Source of the DNA: Candidatus Saccharimonadales bacterium
Lineage (GTDB): Bacteria > Patescibacteriota > Saccharimonadia > Saccharimonadales > UBA4665
Direction of reading: 5' to 3'
Assembly (NCBI GenBank): GCA_036383395.1
Contig: DASVOI010000014.1
Location: 329-64,328, forward strand
DNA length: 64,000 nucleotides
A program made the position numbers and the translations under genes. Numbering within the stretch: position 1 is the first letter of the stretch; each line of letters opens with the position of its first letter. The notes under the pieces were generated by a model, which was not told where the DNA came from, did not search any database, and saw nothing but the letters and a program-made list of their open reading frames with translations. This document shows, one piece after another, positions 48,730 through 58,385 of the stretch.

Positions 48730-50946
48730 ATGGGAGACACGCGAGGCACTGCACACAAACGTTCTTTTGTTATTGTATCTAATCGCCTGCCGGTTAACGT
48801 GACCAAGGAGAATGGTAAGCTGAGCTTTAACCCGAGCAGCGGCGGTTTGGCTACGGCTATGTCTTCGGCGGCTATGGGACGTGAGCACATCTGGCTGGGC
48901 TGGCCGGGTATAGCGTCGGATGACCTGACGGCGGCCGACAAGCGGCTCATTACCCGCGAGCTGCGCAAATACGACTGCGCGCCGGTGTTTTTGAGCAAGA
49001 AGCAAATCGCGGGCTACTACGACGGCTACGCCAACGCCACCATTTGGCCGCTGTTCCACTATTTTCAGAATCACGCCGTGTACCAGTCGACCTACTGGGA
49101 GCCGTACAAAGAAGTAAGCCGGGTGTTTGCGCGCGCCGTGCAGCGGCATGCCGCGCCGGACGCCACCATTTGGGTGCACGACTATCACTTTATGCTGTTG
49201 CCGCGCATGCTGCGCAAGGAGCTGCCAGAAAGCAGTATTGGTTTTTTCTTGCATATCCCCTTCCCGTCGTACGAAATTTTCCGGGTGCTGCCGCAGCGCG
49301 CCGAGATTTTGCGCGGCCTGCTGGGCGCCGACCTGGTCGGCTTCCATACCTACGATTACACTCGTCATTTTATGAGCAGCGTGCTGCACGTGCTGGGGTA
49401 CGAGACCAAGTTGGGGCTGGTACAGACCAACACGCGCGAGATTATGGCCGACGCCTTCCCAATAGGCATCGACTACGACAAATTCGTGCGTGCGCTGAGT
49501 GACCCGGCCGTGCAAGAAGAGACCGAACGGCTGCGCGAACACTACGAGGGCAAGAAGCTGATTATATCGGTGGACCGGCTGGATTACTCCAAGGGGATTG
49601 TCGGCCGGCTGGAAGCGTTCGACCAGTTTTTGGAGCGCCGGCCGAAATACCACGGCAAGGTGTCGCTGGTGGTTGTGGCCGTGCCGTCGCGCATCGATGT
49701 CGACGCTTACAAGCAACTGCGCGATACCATCGAACTCACTGTGAGCCGCATTAACGGCAAGTATGCGACCATGGCGTGGTCGCCTATATCGTATCAATTT
49801 AAGAATTTGCCGTTTGAACAGATTGTGGCTTTGTATGTTGCCGCTGATGTGGCGCTGGTAACGCCCTTGCGCGACGGCATGAATCTGGTTTCTAAAGAGT
49901 ATGTTGCCAGCAAGCAGAAACGGCCGGGCGTGCTCATTTTGAGCGAAATGGCAGGCGCGGCCAACGAACTGCCAGAGGCAATCCGGGTGAATCCGTATGA
50001 TGGCGCTGACATCGGGCGGGCACTCGAAACGGCGCTCAAGATGCCGGTTGCGCAGCAGCGGCGGGCCATGCAGGCGATGCAGGCGCGGATCTCACGCTAT
50101 TCGGTGACGCGCTGGGCGCAAGACTTTATCGAGCAACTCGGCCGTGCCAAGGCGGCAACCGCCAGCATGAATGCCCAGCCGCTTAGCGGCGACGCCCAGC
50201 GCGAGCTTATGAACGCATATAAGTCCACCAAAAAACGGCTGTTTTTGCTTGACTACGACGGCACCCTGCGCGACTATGTGTCTCCCGTCTCCAAAGACCA
50301 GGCGCGCCCTGGCCGGCGGTTACTGGGAAAATTGGCGGCGCTGTCGGCCGACCCTAAAAACCATATCTGCATCATTAGCGGCCGCACCCGCAGCACCTTG
50401 CAGAGTTGGTTTGGCTCGTTGCCGGTAACTCTGGTGGCCGAGCACGGCGCCTGGGTACGCAAAAAGGGCGAATGGCACCACGCCCAAGTCGACTTCCAAA
50501 AAGTAAAAGACATCTTGCTGCCAATCCTCACCGGCTACGCCGAGCGCACGCCCGGGACCACGGTAGAAGAAAAAGACTTTGCCCTGGTGTGGCACTACCG
50601 CGGTGTGACGCCCGAGCTGGCCTACGTGCGCAAGGTGGGCTTAAAACACGACATCACCGTGGCATTATCAGGCAAAGATGCCGATGTTGGCGTATTTGAG
50701 GGCAACAAGATTTTGGAAATAAAGCCGCGCTCTATTAGCAAGGGCGGCATCGCTAAGGAATTACTCGACCAGACGGACGCTGATTTTGTGCTATCCGCCG
50801 GCGACGATTATACCGACGAAGATATGTTTACCGCCCTGCCCTCTACGGCGTGGACTCTCAAGGTTGGGCCGGGCAACACAAGCGCACGCAATCATATCGG
50901 CTCGGTAGAGGAGATGATTGCGCTGCTTGGCCGCTTGTATTCGTAG
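48730..50946 (+). CDS. Bifunctional trehalose-6-phosphate synthase/phosphatase (OtsA-OtsB fusion)
   Basis: VSNRLP, WVHDYH, FLHIPFP, DRLDYSKG and LRDGMNLV; HAD motifs DYDGTL and GDDYTDEDMF; exact start uncertain (48706-48730). Confidence 0.95.
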   Translation: MGDTRGTAHKRSFVIVSNRLPVNVTKENGKLSFNPSSGGLATAMSSAAMGREHIWLGWPGIASDDLTAADKRLITRELRKYDCAPVFLSKKQIAGYYDGYANATIWPLFHYFQNHAVYQSTYWEPYKEVSRVFARAVQRHAAPDATIWVHDYHFMLLPRMLRKELPESSIGFFLHIPFPSYEIFRVLPQRAEILRGLLGADLVGFHTYDYTRHFMSSVLHVLGYETKLGLVQTNTREIMADAFPIGIDYDKFVRALSDPAVQEETERLREHYEGKKLIISVDRLDYSKGIVGRLEAFDQFLERRPKYHGKVSLVVVAVPSRIDVDAYKQLRDTIELTVSRINGKYATMAWSPISYQFKNLPFEQIVALYVAADVALVTPLRDGMNLVSKEYVASKQKRPGVLILSEMAGAANELPEAIRVNPYDGADIGRALETALKMPVAQQRRAMQAMQARISRYSVTRWAQDFIEQLGRAKAATASMNAQPLSGDAQRELMNAYKSTKKRLFLLDYDGTLRDYVSPVSKDQARPGRRLLGKLAALSADPKNHICIISGRTRSTLQSWFGSLPVTLVAEHGAWVRKKGEWHHAQVDFQKVKDILLPILTGYAERTPGTTVEEKDFALVWHYRGVTPELAYVRKVGLKHDITVALSGKDADVGVFEGNKILEIKPRSISKGGIAKELLDQTDADFVLSAGDDYTDEDMFTALPSTAWTLKVGPGNTSARNHIGSVEEMIALLGRLYS

Positions 50947-50986
50947 GCGCTATTGGCGTGGGCTGCTGATTGCCAGCGGCGAGCTA

Positions 50987-51370
50987 CTACTGTTCTAAAA
51001 CCGCAAGAATGTTGCCGGCCGGGTCTTTGAACCAGGCAATGTCCGGCCCCATGTCTTTGTCTTTGCCGCGGGCAATACCCTTGTCGTCTTGGCCCATGCC
51101 GTCGTACTTTTCAAAAGTAATGCCTTGCTCGACCAGACTGTCGACGGCTTTCTCGACGTCATCTACCACAAAGTTGAGCATGGTATAGGTTGCTGGCTGA
51201 TGGTCTTTTTTGTCGTACACGAATACCTCGCCGCCGTTCGGCAGGTGCAGTTGTACGCCCATACCGCCCATGTCTTCTACGGTTAGGCCTAGTGTGTCGC
51301 TGTAAAAAGCTTTGGCCTTGGCAAGGTCGTCTACCGAAAATCCGCTGAATGCCGCTTTCATCTGTAACAT
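50987..51370 (-). CDS. VOC/glyoxalase-family protein
   Basis: VDDLAKAKAFYSDTLGL, LNFVVDDVEKAV and AWFKDPAGNIL. Confidence 0.92.
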   Translation of the reverse strand: MLQMKAAFSGFSVDDLAKAKAFYSDTLGLTVEDMGGMGVQLHLPNGGEVFVYDKKDHQPATYTMLNFVVDDVEKAVDSLVEQGITFEKYDGMGQDDKGIARGKDKDMGPDIAWFKDPAGNILAVLEQ

Positions 51371-51466
51371 GCTAATCCCCCGTTTAAGTAATGCTTTTAC
51401 CATAACAGGTGCGGTGCGGTAAGGCTATGAAAAAGCTCGGTATTGCTGCCGTGCTAGAATAGGGGC

Positions 51467-52195
51467 ATGAATGAACCAGCCCTTCCTCCGCTTTTACCAA
51501 AAGTAGTGTTGGGCGTGGCCGCTCATCCCGACGATCTGGACTATTACGCCGGCGGCGCTATGGCCGCATTCGCTCGGCAGGGCGCGGAGGTGTATTATCT
51601 GGTGCTGACCGACGGCGGCAAAGGCAGTGACGACCGCACGATGACCACCGAGAAGTTGCGCGACCTGCGCCGCGATGAACAACGCAAGGCCGCGACCCTG
51701 CTTGGCGTAAAAGAAGTCTTTTTTTGTGATTTCCCCGACGGCGAGCTCGAAAACACGCTGGACGTCAAGCGCGAGGTAGTCAAAGCCATCCGCCGCGTGA
51801 AGCCAGACGTCGTAATTGCGCTGGATCCGGCCGTGCTCTATGACCCGCGTCAGGGCTTTGTGAATCACCCAGACCACCGCGCGGCCGGCCAAGCGGCCGT
51901 AGATGCCGTGTACCCGCTGGCACGCGACCATATGACTTTCCCCGAGCTGCTCGCCGACGGCTATGAGCCGCACAATACGGCGACCCTGCTGCTGATTGGT
52001 ATGGGTGTTACGGAACCGACATATGCGGTGGACATTAGCAACACGCTGGAGTTGAAGTACCAAGCCCTCGCCGCCCACGGCAGCCAGTTCAGCATCCAGA
52101 ATATGAAGGAAGGCATCGACCGCGAGTCCGCAAAGTTTGGAGCGCCGTACGGTTACCGCCACGCCGAGCCGTTCACGCGGATTGATATTGCCTAA
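51467..52195 (+). CDS. PIG-L/LmbE-family deacetylase
   Basis: AAHPDD, LTDGGKG, RRDEQ..A..LLGV and HPDH. Confidence 0.93.
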   Translation: MNEPALPPLLPKVVLGVAAHPDDLDYYAGGAMAAFARQGAEVYYLVLTDGGKGSDDRTMTTEKLRDLRRDEQRKAATLLGVKEVFFCDFPDGELENTLDVKREVVKAIRRVKPDVVIALDPAVLYDPRQGFVNHPDHRAAGQAAVDAVYPLARDHMTFPELLADGYEPHNTATLLLIGMGVTEPTYAVDISNTLELKYQALAAHGSQFSIQNMKEGIDRESAKFGAPYGYRHAEPFTRIDIA

Positions 52196-52198
52196 GTC

Positions 52199-53266
52199 CT
52201 AGCCGTTGACGATTTTGGCGTTGACCGGGTTGTCTGCCTCGTTGCGGGTGAAGCGGTTGTAATACTTCTTGCGCCAGTCATTTTTATCTTCGATGCCGCT
52301 GACGGCGTCGCGCAGGCGCACGCTCGCATCGGCGGCGGCTTTGAGTTCTTGCAGAAACTGCGTGGGTTTAAATTCCATGCCAGCGTACTGTGGTTCGAAG
52401 CCGAGCACCTCAATATCCACACCGGTGCGCAGGTGGATTTCGCGCATGGCGTCAAAATATTGGGCGTAGCGGTAAATGGCGGCCGTGGTAAACAAGATGT
52501 TTTTAGTGGGATTAAAGGCTTCTTGCTCGAGGCGGCGCATAAAGTCGTAGGTGTCGGCGGTATTGGCGCGGCGGCCGCCCAAGAACGGCGGCGAGCTTAG
52601 CAAAATAATCGGTAGACCGTCGCTGCGTTGCAGGCGGGTGATATGCCACTCCGAAGTCACAAACTCGTACTCGCCCTCATCATCTAGCTGTTTGCCAAGC
52701 AGCGATGTAATGGCGCCCTTGCCCAGGTCGAACTCGGTTTGGGCACCGGCGGCGTATTTTTTGACGGCCTCTTTCTCGGCTGACGGCAGTTCGCGCTCCG
52801 AGCCGAGGTAGGCTAGCATATCGTAGGCGATGTCTTGCTCCAGGCCGTACTTCAGACGGTTGTACGGCCCCATGTTGGCGCCGCCCAGCACGGCCATGAT
52901 GCTGTAGTGTTTGAGCGTGGCGCGCGAGCTGGTGCCCATCTCGGCCATAGCTGCGCCCTCGAAGATGCGCTTGCCTTGCTCGCTTCCAGGCTCATCCAGC
53001 TCGTAGGTTTCGGTGATTTCGTAGCGTTCGCGGCCTTTGCGGTAATCCCAGTGTTCGCCAGCTAGTTTTTTCAGATAGTCTAGGCGCTGGTCCGGGTCTT
53101 TGATGTGCTGGAAATGCGAATCGTACTCGGCCGCCACCTTCTCGACGCCGGGATTGAAGGCAAAACGGTGCAAGTAATCTGTGGCGTGGTCGCGGGCGTT
53201 TTGCAGCCACTCAGGAACGGTCTCTTTTTTGTGCCGGAAATTTTTGGGCGCTGGCATAGTATGCAT
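52199..53266 (-). CDS. Hypothetical protein, possibly DUF218/YdcF-like Rossmannoid core
   Basis: VLGG, LGSER, RRANTADT and FTTAAIY..Q; start uncertain (53257 or 53266). Confidence 0.5.
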   Translation of the reverse strand: MHTMPAPKNFRHKKETVPEWLQNARDHATDYLHRFAFNPGVEKVAAEYDSHFQHIKDPDQRLDYLKKLAGEHWDYRKGRERYEITETYELDEPGSEQGKRIFEGAAMAEMGTSSRATLKHYSIMAVLGGANMGPYNRLKYGLEQDIAYDMLAYLGSERELPSAEKEAVKKYAAGAQTEFDLGKGAITSLLGKQLDDEGEYEFVTSEWHITRLQRSDGLPIILLSSPPFLGGRRANTADTYDFMRRLEQEAFNPTKNILFTTAAIYRYAQYFDAMREIHLRTGVDIEVLGFEPQYAGMEFKPTQFLQELKAAADASVRLRDAVSGIEDKNDWRKKYYNRFTRNEADNPVNAKIVNG

Positions 53267-53294
53267 AAACCGTAGCAAGTTTCTGCCGGAATTA

Positions 53295-53948
53295 CTACCT
53301 CGAGTTGAGCGCGGCCGACACGATAACGCGCGCATCGTAGCTGCTCGTGGCCCGGCTGAAACTGCCGCCACAGGTAATGAGGTTAAGTTGGCTCTTGATC
53401 GTCGGATCTTGTGAGAATAGCGCCGCCACAGCGTGGGCGTTATCGGTGGTGGTAACGGTGCGCACGCTGTAACTGAGCAGTGTGCCGTTGCCGAGTGCAA
53501 CGCTGAACGTGTCTTGGGGTTTGAGTTTGTTCAAATGCAGGAAAATGCCGGGGCTGGTGCGCCCATCCAGATGCCCGACAATAATGCTCAATCCTGGCTG
53601 GCCGGGCGGCACGCTGTTGACGTACCAGCCGGCAAAATTGACGTTGGTCGGCGTAGCGATCTCGCCGCGCTGGTCGATGCCCATCTTTTGCACAAAGCCT
53701 TCGGCGCTGATGGTCGGCAGGCTGATGTAGCTCGGTTCAAGCGGACCGGCCGTAGAAACGTAGCTGGCTTTGGTGATGGGCAGTTCGCTCGGCGGCGCCG
53801 ACTCGGTGACGACGTGCTTTATGCGCGGCGGCTGTGTCTGGACGTGCGGGCTATGCCGCAAGAACGCGGCGCCGCCAGCGACCGCCCCGGCCAGCGCTAC
53901 GGCCAGGCAGATGATCCCCGCGCCACGTTTCGATATCCGCATCTTCAT
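53295..53948 (-). CDS. Class F sortase
   Basis: N-terminal TM; AGWY, PGQPG.SIIVGHLD, IFLHLNKL.P.D, LNLITCGG (catalytic Cys) and DARVIV (Arg). Confidence 0.92.
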   Translation of the reverse strand: MKMRISKRGAGIICLAVALAGAVAGGAAFLRHSPHVQTQPPRIKHVVTESAPPSELPITKASYVSTAGPLEPSYISLPTISAEGFVQKMGIDQRGEIATPTNVNFAGWYVNSVPPGQPGLSIIVGHLDGRTSPGIFLHLNKLKPQDTFSVALGNGTLLSYSVRTVTTTDNAHAVAALFSQDPTIKSQLNLITCGGSFSRATSSYDARVIVSAALNSR

Positions 53949-54022
53949 AGTGATAGTCTACAACGTACGCACGAAGCGATAAACCGCAGCGCAAAACCGT
54001 TGCCGCTTGCTACACTGAAAAG

Positions 54023-55750
54023 ATGGAACGATTGAGGGAACTCGCGCACGACCGTGCCCGGCTGTATATGTACGGTTGTTGCTTGGTTTTGTTCGGCTCG
54101 ACAGCGGCCTGGGCCTTGGCCGGCGCACATTTGCAGCAAAACAACGCCGATCAATTTGCTGATGGCTTTTTGTTTGAGGATGGGCGCACCTTCCGCGGTG
54201 CCATCTTTCCGCAGGCCCATGCGCAGTTTCTAAAATGGCCGCTATTTTGGCTGCTGGGCCGGCTGCATAATTCGCCGGGGAGTTATCTGGTTTTGAGCAC
54301 AGCGGTGGCCCTGGCCTGCGTGGCCGTTTTTGCCTGGATGTTGTATCGCATTGAGCGGCGGCCGCTTGTGTTCGGAACGATGTGCCTGGCCCTGGCCAGT
54401 GTGCTTGCTATGGTACCGGCATTCGTGCAAGGGCATACGTCGGCGCCGCTGAATATGTCGCTGCTGACCGGCCGCAACCTGGAGTATGTGGTGTATGTTG
54501 CGGCACTGGCGCTGCTGGTGCGCGCCCGCGGCTGGAAAACGTGGCAGTGGGCGGCTGCTGGCACGTTGCTGTGCATCCTCTTTGCCGGCGACCAATTGTT
54601 TATTGCGCTGGGTCTGGCGAGTGCAGCGTTGCTTTACGCCGCGGACCGCTGGGGCGGGCACATGCCTAGCGCTCGCAATTGTCTACAAGGGGTAGTGGCG
54701 GCAGCGGTGCTCTCTCTGCTGGTGCTGCCTGTGCTGAGAGCTCTCGGCATAGATTTTGCCGGCGGCGGTTCTGGCCCGGAAGGCCTTATGAATAGTTGGC
54801 ACGGCGTTTGGCCGGCGTTGGGATACACCGGCAAGGCCCTGTTGCTGAACGGCGGCATCACCGGCGGCATGGGCGGCTGGTCGTGGTTGGCAGCCGCAGT
54901 GAATGGCCTCGTCATGGTTATTTTGGCGATTGCCGTTGGCGCTTTGCTGCGGCGCGGCAGCGGCGGCCGCGGGCCAGCTGATCGGCCGACGCAGCTGAGC
55001 CTGTTGCTCCTGGGCAGCGCGGCCACGGCAACCGTACTCTATGTTGCTACGCAGCACAACTACCAGGCCGATGCCCGCTACCTTGCCATTTGGCTGTTTG
55101 CCGCGTTTGTGGCGCTCGCGGCGGCCGCGCGGCGCTATCGGGCGCAGCAGAAGGTGGCGGCTATTGCCGCCAGCATCCTCGTGCTTTCTATTCTCGTAGG
55201 CAGCTGGAGTGTGTGGCATTTTACGGACCGCTCCCTGGCAGCTAGTCAGCTTGCCCGCCGTAACGCTGCGGTAGCCGCTGCCCTGCAAGCTCGGCCTGTC
55301 TCGGTGCTGGCCGGCAGTTACTGGCGGGTGTTGCCCATTAAAGCGCTGAGCCCGCGCGCCGCACAGGCTGTAATTCCGTTGCAGGGCTGCCTGCAACCTG
55401 TGGACGTGCTGCGCAGTACTGCTTGGCAGACAGATGTATTTCAGCACAGTTTTGCTTACCTGTTGTCTGTGCGGTCAGACGGCACGCCCTTCCCGCCCTG
55501 CAACTTACGCATCGTCGAATATGTGTACGGCCGGCCAAGCTCCATGCAAGTCATTGCCGGCACGCGGCGTAACCCGGCCGAACTCTTATTATTCTACAAG
55601 GATGGTGCGAGCAACCACCGCGGTAATGCCGCGTTGCTGCTGCCGCCTAGGCCCGTGTTTGGCGCTCCTACGGCCGGTAATGCGGCGCCCACCGGGTCCA
55701 CGATGACGCCGTTAGCCAAGCCGTCTTGGTCGAGCGGTCCGCCGTCCTGA
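54023..55750 (+). CDS. Multi-TM membrane protein, possible GT-C-type glycosyltransferase
   Basis: About 12 TM helices, early acidic NADQ..D loop, ARY motif and a soluble C-terminal domain with GSYW. Confidence 0.5.
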   Translation: MERLRELAHDRARLYMYGCCLVLFGSTAAWALAGAHLQQNNADQFADGFLFEDGRTFRGAIFPQAHAQFLKWPLFWLLGRLHNSPGSYLVLSTAVALACVAVFAWMLYRIERRPLVFGTMCLALASVLAMVPAFVQGHTSAPLNMSLLTGRNLEYVVYVAALALLVRARGWKTWQWAAAGTLLCILFAGDQLFIALGLASAALLYAADRWGGHMPSARNCLQGVVAAAVLSLLVLPVLRALGIDFAGGGSGPEGLMNSWHGVWPALGYTGKALLLNGGITGGMGGWSWLAAAVNGLVMVILAIAVGALLRRGSGGRGPADRPTQLSLLLLGSAATATVLYVATQHNYQADARYLAIWLFAAFVALAAAARRYRAQQKVAAIAASILVLSILVGSWSVWHFTDRSLAASQLARRNAAVAAALQARPVSVLAGSYWRVLPIKALSPRAAQAVIPLQGCLQPVDVLRSTAWQTDVFQHSFAYLLSVRSDGTPFPPCNLRIVEYVYGRPSSMQVIAGTRRNPAELLLFYKDGASNHRGNAALLLPPRPVFGAPTAGNAAPTGSTMTPLAKPSWSSGPPS

Positions 55751-57129
55751 ATTTGGTACGTCACCTTGGTGACGGCCTGTCCGCCAATGGTCGCTGACGA
55801 GAAAACCGCGCCCGACACCGTCTGGTAGCTGTGGTTGCTGCTGTTGTTGTATTTGCGCAGCACCAAGGTGCTTGAGTAGTCCAGCCCATAGTAATACAGC
55901 GTAATGGTGGCCGTGGCGCCATGCGTACAGGTCGCATTAAAGCCGACGATGCCCGCCGGATAGCTGAACGCCGCGTCTTTAAAGCTGGCGGGCGCCGCCG
56001 CAGCCGATACGCCCCAGTTCGAGGCGCAATTGGATTGCAAAACCGTGTACTTGCCGGTCACCGGATTGACATAACCGGTCACGTTGATTTGGTCTTGGTC
56101 GGGCGTACCGTCATTGTTGGCATCGCCGTTGTTTGGCGCGTTGCTCTCTGTAGTGTCGCTGGCGCCATCGCCATCGCTATCGGTGAGTACGGCCGACCAT
56201 GACGGATCGTAGGCGCTGTCGCCGTCAGGAGTTACGCCCGTCTCGCCGCTGCCGTCGGCGTTGATGTAGAAAACGCGTTGCGTACCGCCGGTGCCGCCCT
56301 GGTTGTCGTACGCTAGCTTTGTGCCATCGGGCGACCAGCTCACGTTTTCGTTTTCAGTGTCGCTGGTTGCGATGGTATGCTCGCCAGAGGTGTCGGCATT
56401 CATGATCTTGATTGCTTGGCTGTAGGGGTTGATGTTTTTGGTGAAGGCGATGCGCGTGCCATCCGGCGAGTAGGTCGGACCGTCGTGGTAGTTACTGTCG
56501 CTAGTGATTTGGGTGCGGCCGCTGCCATCGGCGTTGATGGTGCAAAGCTGGTCGCGCGTGCCGTCGTTGCATACAAAAATCAGCTTGGTACCGCTGGGGT
56601 GCCACGAGGGGGACGTGTCGAAATGCGTGTCTTGCACGACAAGGTTCAGGCCGCTGCCATCGGCGTTAATCGTATAGATTGCCGCGGGCTGCGAAAAATC
56701 GCTCGGCGAGCGCATGAGCGCCAGCTTGCTGCCATCGGGCGACCAGGCCAGCTTATCTATAACAAAGTTGTCGTCATTGGTGATTTGCGTGACATTCGTG
56801 CCGTCGGCGTTCATGATGAACAGCTGTGTGCTGCCGTCGCTAAAGATATCGGCGACGTAGGCAATCTTGCGACCATCCGGCGACACGGCCGGGTCGAAGT
56901 TTTCGTGAGTGTCGTGCGTGAGCTGTTGTTTGCCGCTGCCATCTGGGTTGATGACGAAAATTTGGGCGTCGTTATTTGAGTCCCCGGCAAAATAGACGAT
57001 GCGGCCATTCGGCGCCCCCGAGACTTGGGCATGCATGCGGTAGCTCAGCGCGGCCAGCGCCAAGACTGCCACCGCGGCCAGCAGTCCAGTGGTTTTTAGC
57101 GGCCGGCGAATGGCAAATGCAACGCTCAT
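55594..57129 (-). CDS. Secreted TolB-like (PD40/WD40) beta-propeller with choice-of-anchor U domain and APNTG sorting motif
   Basis: Signal peptide; repeated SPDG..IA/INADGSG units; APNNGDANNDG.PD; QDGGPLDQDG.ANGVIVDPVG; GAPNTG. Confidence 0.85.
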   Translation of the reverse strand: MSVAFAIRRPLKTTGLLAAVAVLALAALSYRMHAQVSGAPNGRIVYFAGDSNNDAQIFVINPDGSGKQQLTHDTHENFDPAVSPDGRKIAYVADIFSDGSTQLFIMNADGTNVTQITNDDNFVIDKLAWSPDGSKLALMRSPSDFSQPAAIYTINADGSGLNLVVQDTHFDTSPSWHPSGTKLIFVCNDGTRDQLCTINADGSGRTQITSDSNYHDGPTYSPDGTRIAFTKNINPYSQAIKIMNADTSGEHTIATSDTENENVSWSPDGTKLAYDNQGGTGGTQRVFYINADGSGETGVTPDGDSAYDPSWSAVLTDSDGDGASDTTESNAPNNGDANNDGTPDQDQINVTGYVNPVTGKYTVLQSNCASNWGVSAAAAPASFKDAAFSYPAGIVGFNATCTHGATATITLYYYGLDYSSTLVLRKYNNSSNHSYQTVSGAVFSSATIGGQAVTKVTYQIQDGGPLDQDGLANGVIVDPVGAALPAVGAPNTGLGGSSNAALPRWLLAPSL

Positions 57130-57281
57130 GCTTATGAGTATACACTGGCTGCGGCGAGGAGTGCACGCGTTGTATACGAACGAGCATATTATCTAAAAAT
57201 CAATGGTAATTCTCACAGGCGGGCCACGGCTACATGCGGGAAAATTGCTTTGTCACAAAGGCTTATATATAGGGGGACTAC

Positions 57282-58322
57282 ATGAAAAAGCCATTTACTA
57301 CACTAGCAAGTACATTATTATTTGGAGTAATCCTGGCCACGCCGAGTTTAGCGTCGGGGGTATCTCCAGACTCGCCGCCAATGCCGCATGCTGGCGTTTG
57401 CGTGCCGGTTCATATGCCTGTCGCGCTGGCGCCTAAGGCTGCCAAGACGCAGTACGTTGCCGGAACGTTTTGCAGCCCGTTTAAGTTTGACCGCAGCCGT
57501 TCTATCGATGTGCTAGTGCACGGATTTGGCTACGACCGCACTTACTGGGATTCGGCCTTCAACTATCCGCAATATTCGTATGTCAACCGCACGCTGCAGG
57601 CTGGCCGGGCAGTCTTTTATTATGACCGGCTCGGTGTCGGCAAGAGCGGCCAGCTGCCGAGCACCAGTGTGACGATGAATGCCGATGCCTACGTCGTGCA
57701 CCAGATCATCCAGCGTTACGAGCATGCATTCCATCAGGTAAACCTCGTTGGCCATTCGTACGGATCTCGCATTTCGGCGCTCGAAACGTCGCAATATAAT
57801 GACGCGACCAGGCTTATCCTGACCGACAATTTGCACGCGGTCGGCCCGGCTCTCGTGAGCGGCCAACTGACGAATCATCCGGCCAATCAGGATGCGCTGT
57901 TTGCCGGCCGGCATCTGGACGACGGCTGGATAACTACCGACACGCTGACTGCCCGTGAGGGTTTCTACGACCTTGCGACTGCTGATCCGGCCGAGATCGC
58001 CTACGACTTTGCGCACAAAGCTATCGGCTCTATGACCGAATTTACGCAGGGCCAGACCATCGGTGCCGTGCCGGCCGGTTCTAACGTCACGAACAGTATT
58101 ACCCGCCCGGTCCTGCTCATCGTGGGCGAACAAGACCGCCTGTACTGCGGCCTGGCACTAGACTGCACCAACGCCGCGAACGTCAAGAGCAACGAAGCGC
58201 CCTACTACACTGCCGCCGCTAGCCTAACCGTCAAAACGGTACCAGACACTGGCCACGATTTGACGCTGCACCCAAGCGCTGGCGTGTCGTTCGACGCTAT
58301 TAGCGATTGGATCGAGCAGTAG
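57282..58322 (+). CDS. Secreted alpha/beta hydrolase
   Basis: Signal peptide, LVHG.GYDRTYWD, DRLGVGKS, GHSYG nucleophile, GEQD and GHDL; SD GGGGGA. Confidence 0.88.
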   Translation: MKKPFTTLASTLLFGVILATPSLASGVSPDSPPMPHAGVCVPVHMPVALAPKAAKTQYVAGTFCSPFKFDRSRSIDVLVHGFGYDRTYWDSAFNYPQYSYVNRTLQAGRAVFYYDRLGVGKSGQLPSTSVTMNADAYVVHQIIQRYEHAFHQVNLVGHSYGSRISALETSQYNDATRLILTDNLHAVGPALVSGQLTNHPANQDALFAGRHLDDGWITTDTLTAREGFYDLATADPAEIAYDFAHKAIGSMTEFTQGQTIGAVPAGSNVTNSITRPVLLIVGEQDRLYCGLALDCTNAANVKSNEAPYYTAAASLTVKTVPDTGHDLTLHPSAGVSFDAISDWIEQ

Positions 58323-58342
58323 CGTCCAAGCACGCATCCATT

Positions 58343-58373
58343 AAAATAGGCCGGTGTTGTACCGGCCTATTTT
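58343..58373. terminator. Bidirectional intrinsic terminator
   Basis: Perfect 13-bp inverted repeat AAAATAGGCCGGT-GTTGT-ACCGGCCTATTTT between convergent genes. Confidence 0.9.
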
Positions 58374-58385
58374 TTACGCCAATCG

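Noticed and set aside
55900-57000. Repeats that might be a CRISPR or DNA tandem array
   Set aside because: They are degenerate in-frame PD40 protein repeats; no constant DNA repeat with unique spacers anywhere in the window.
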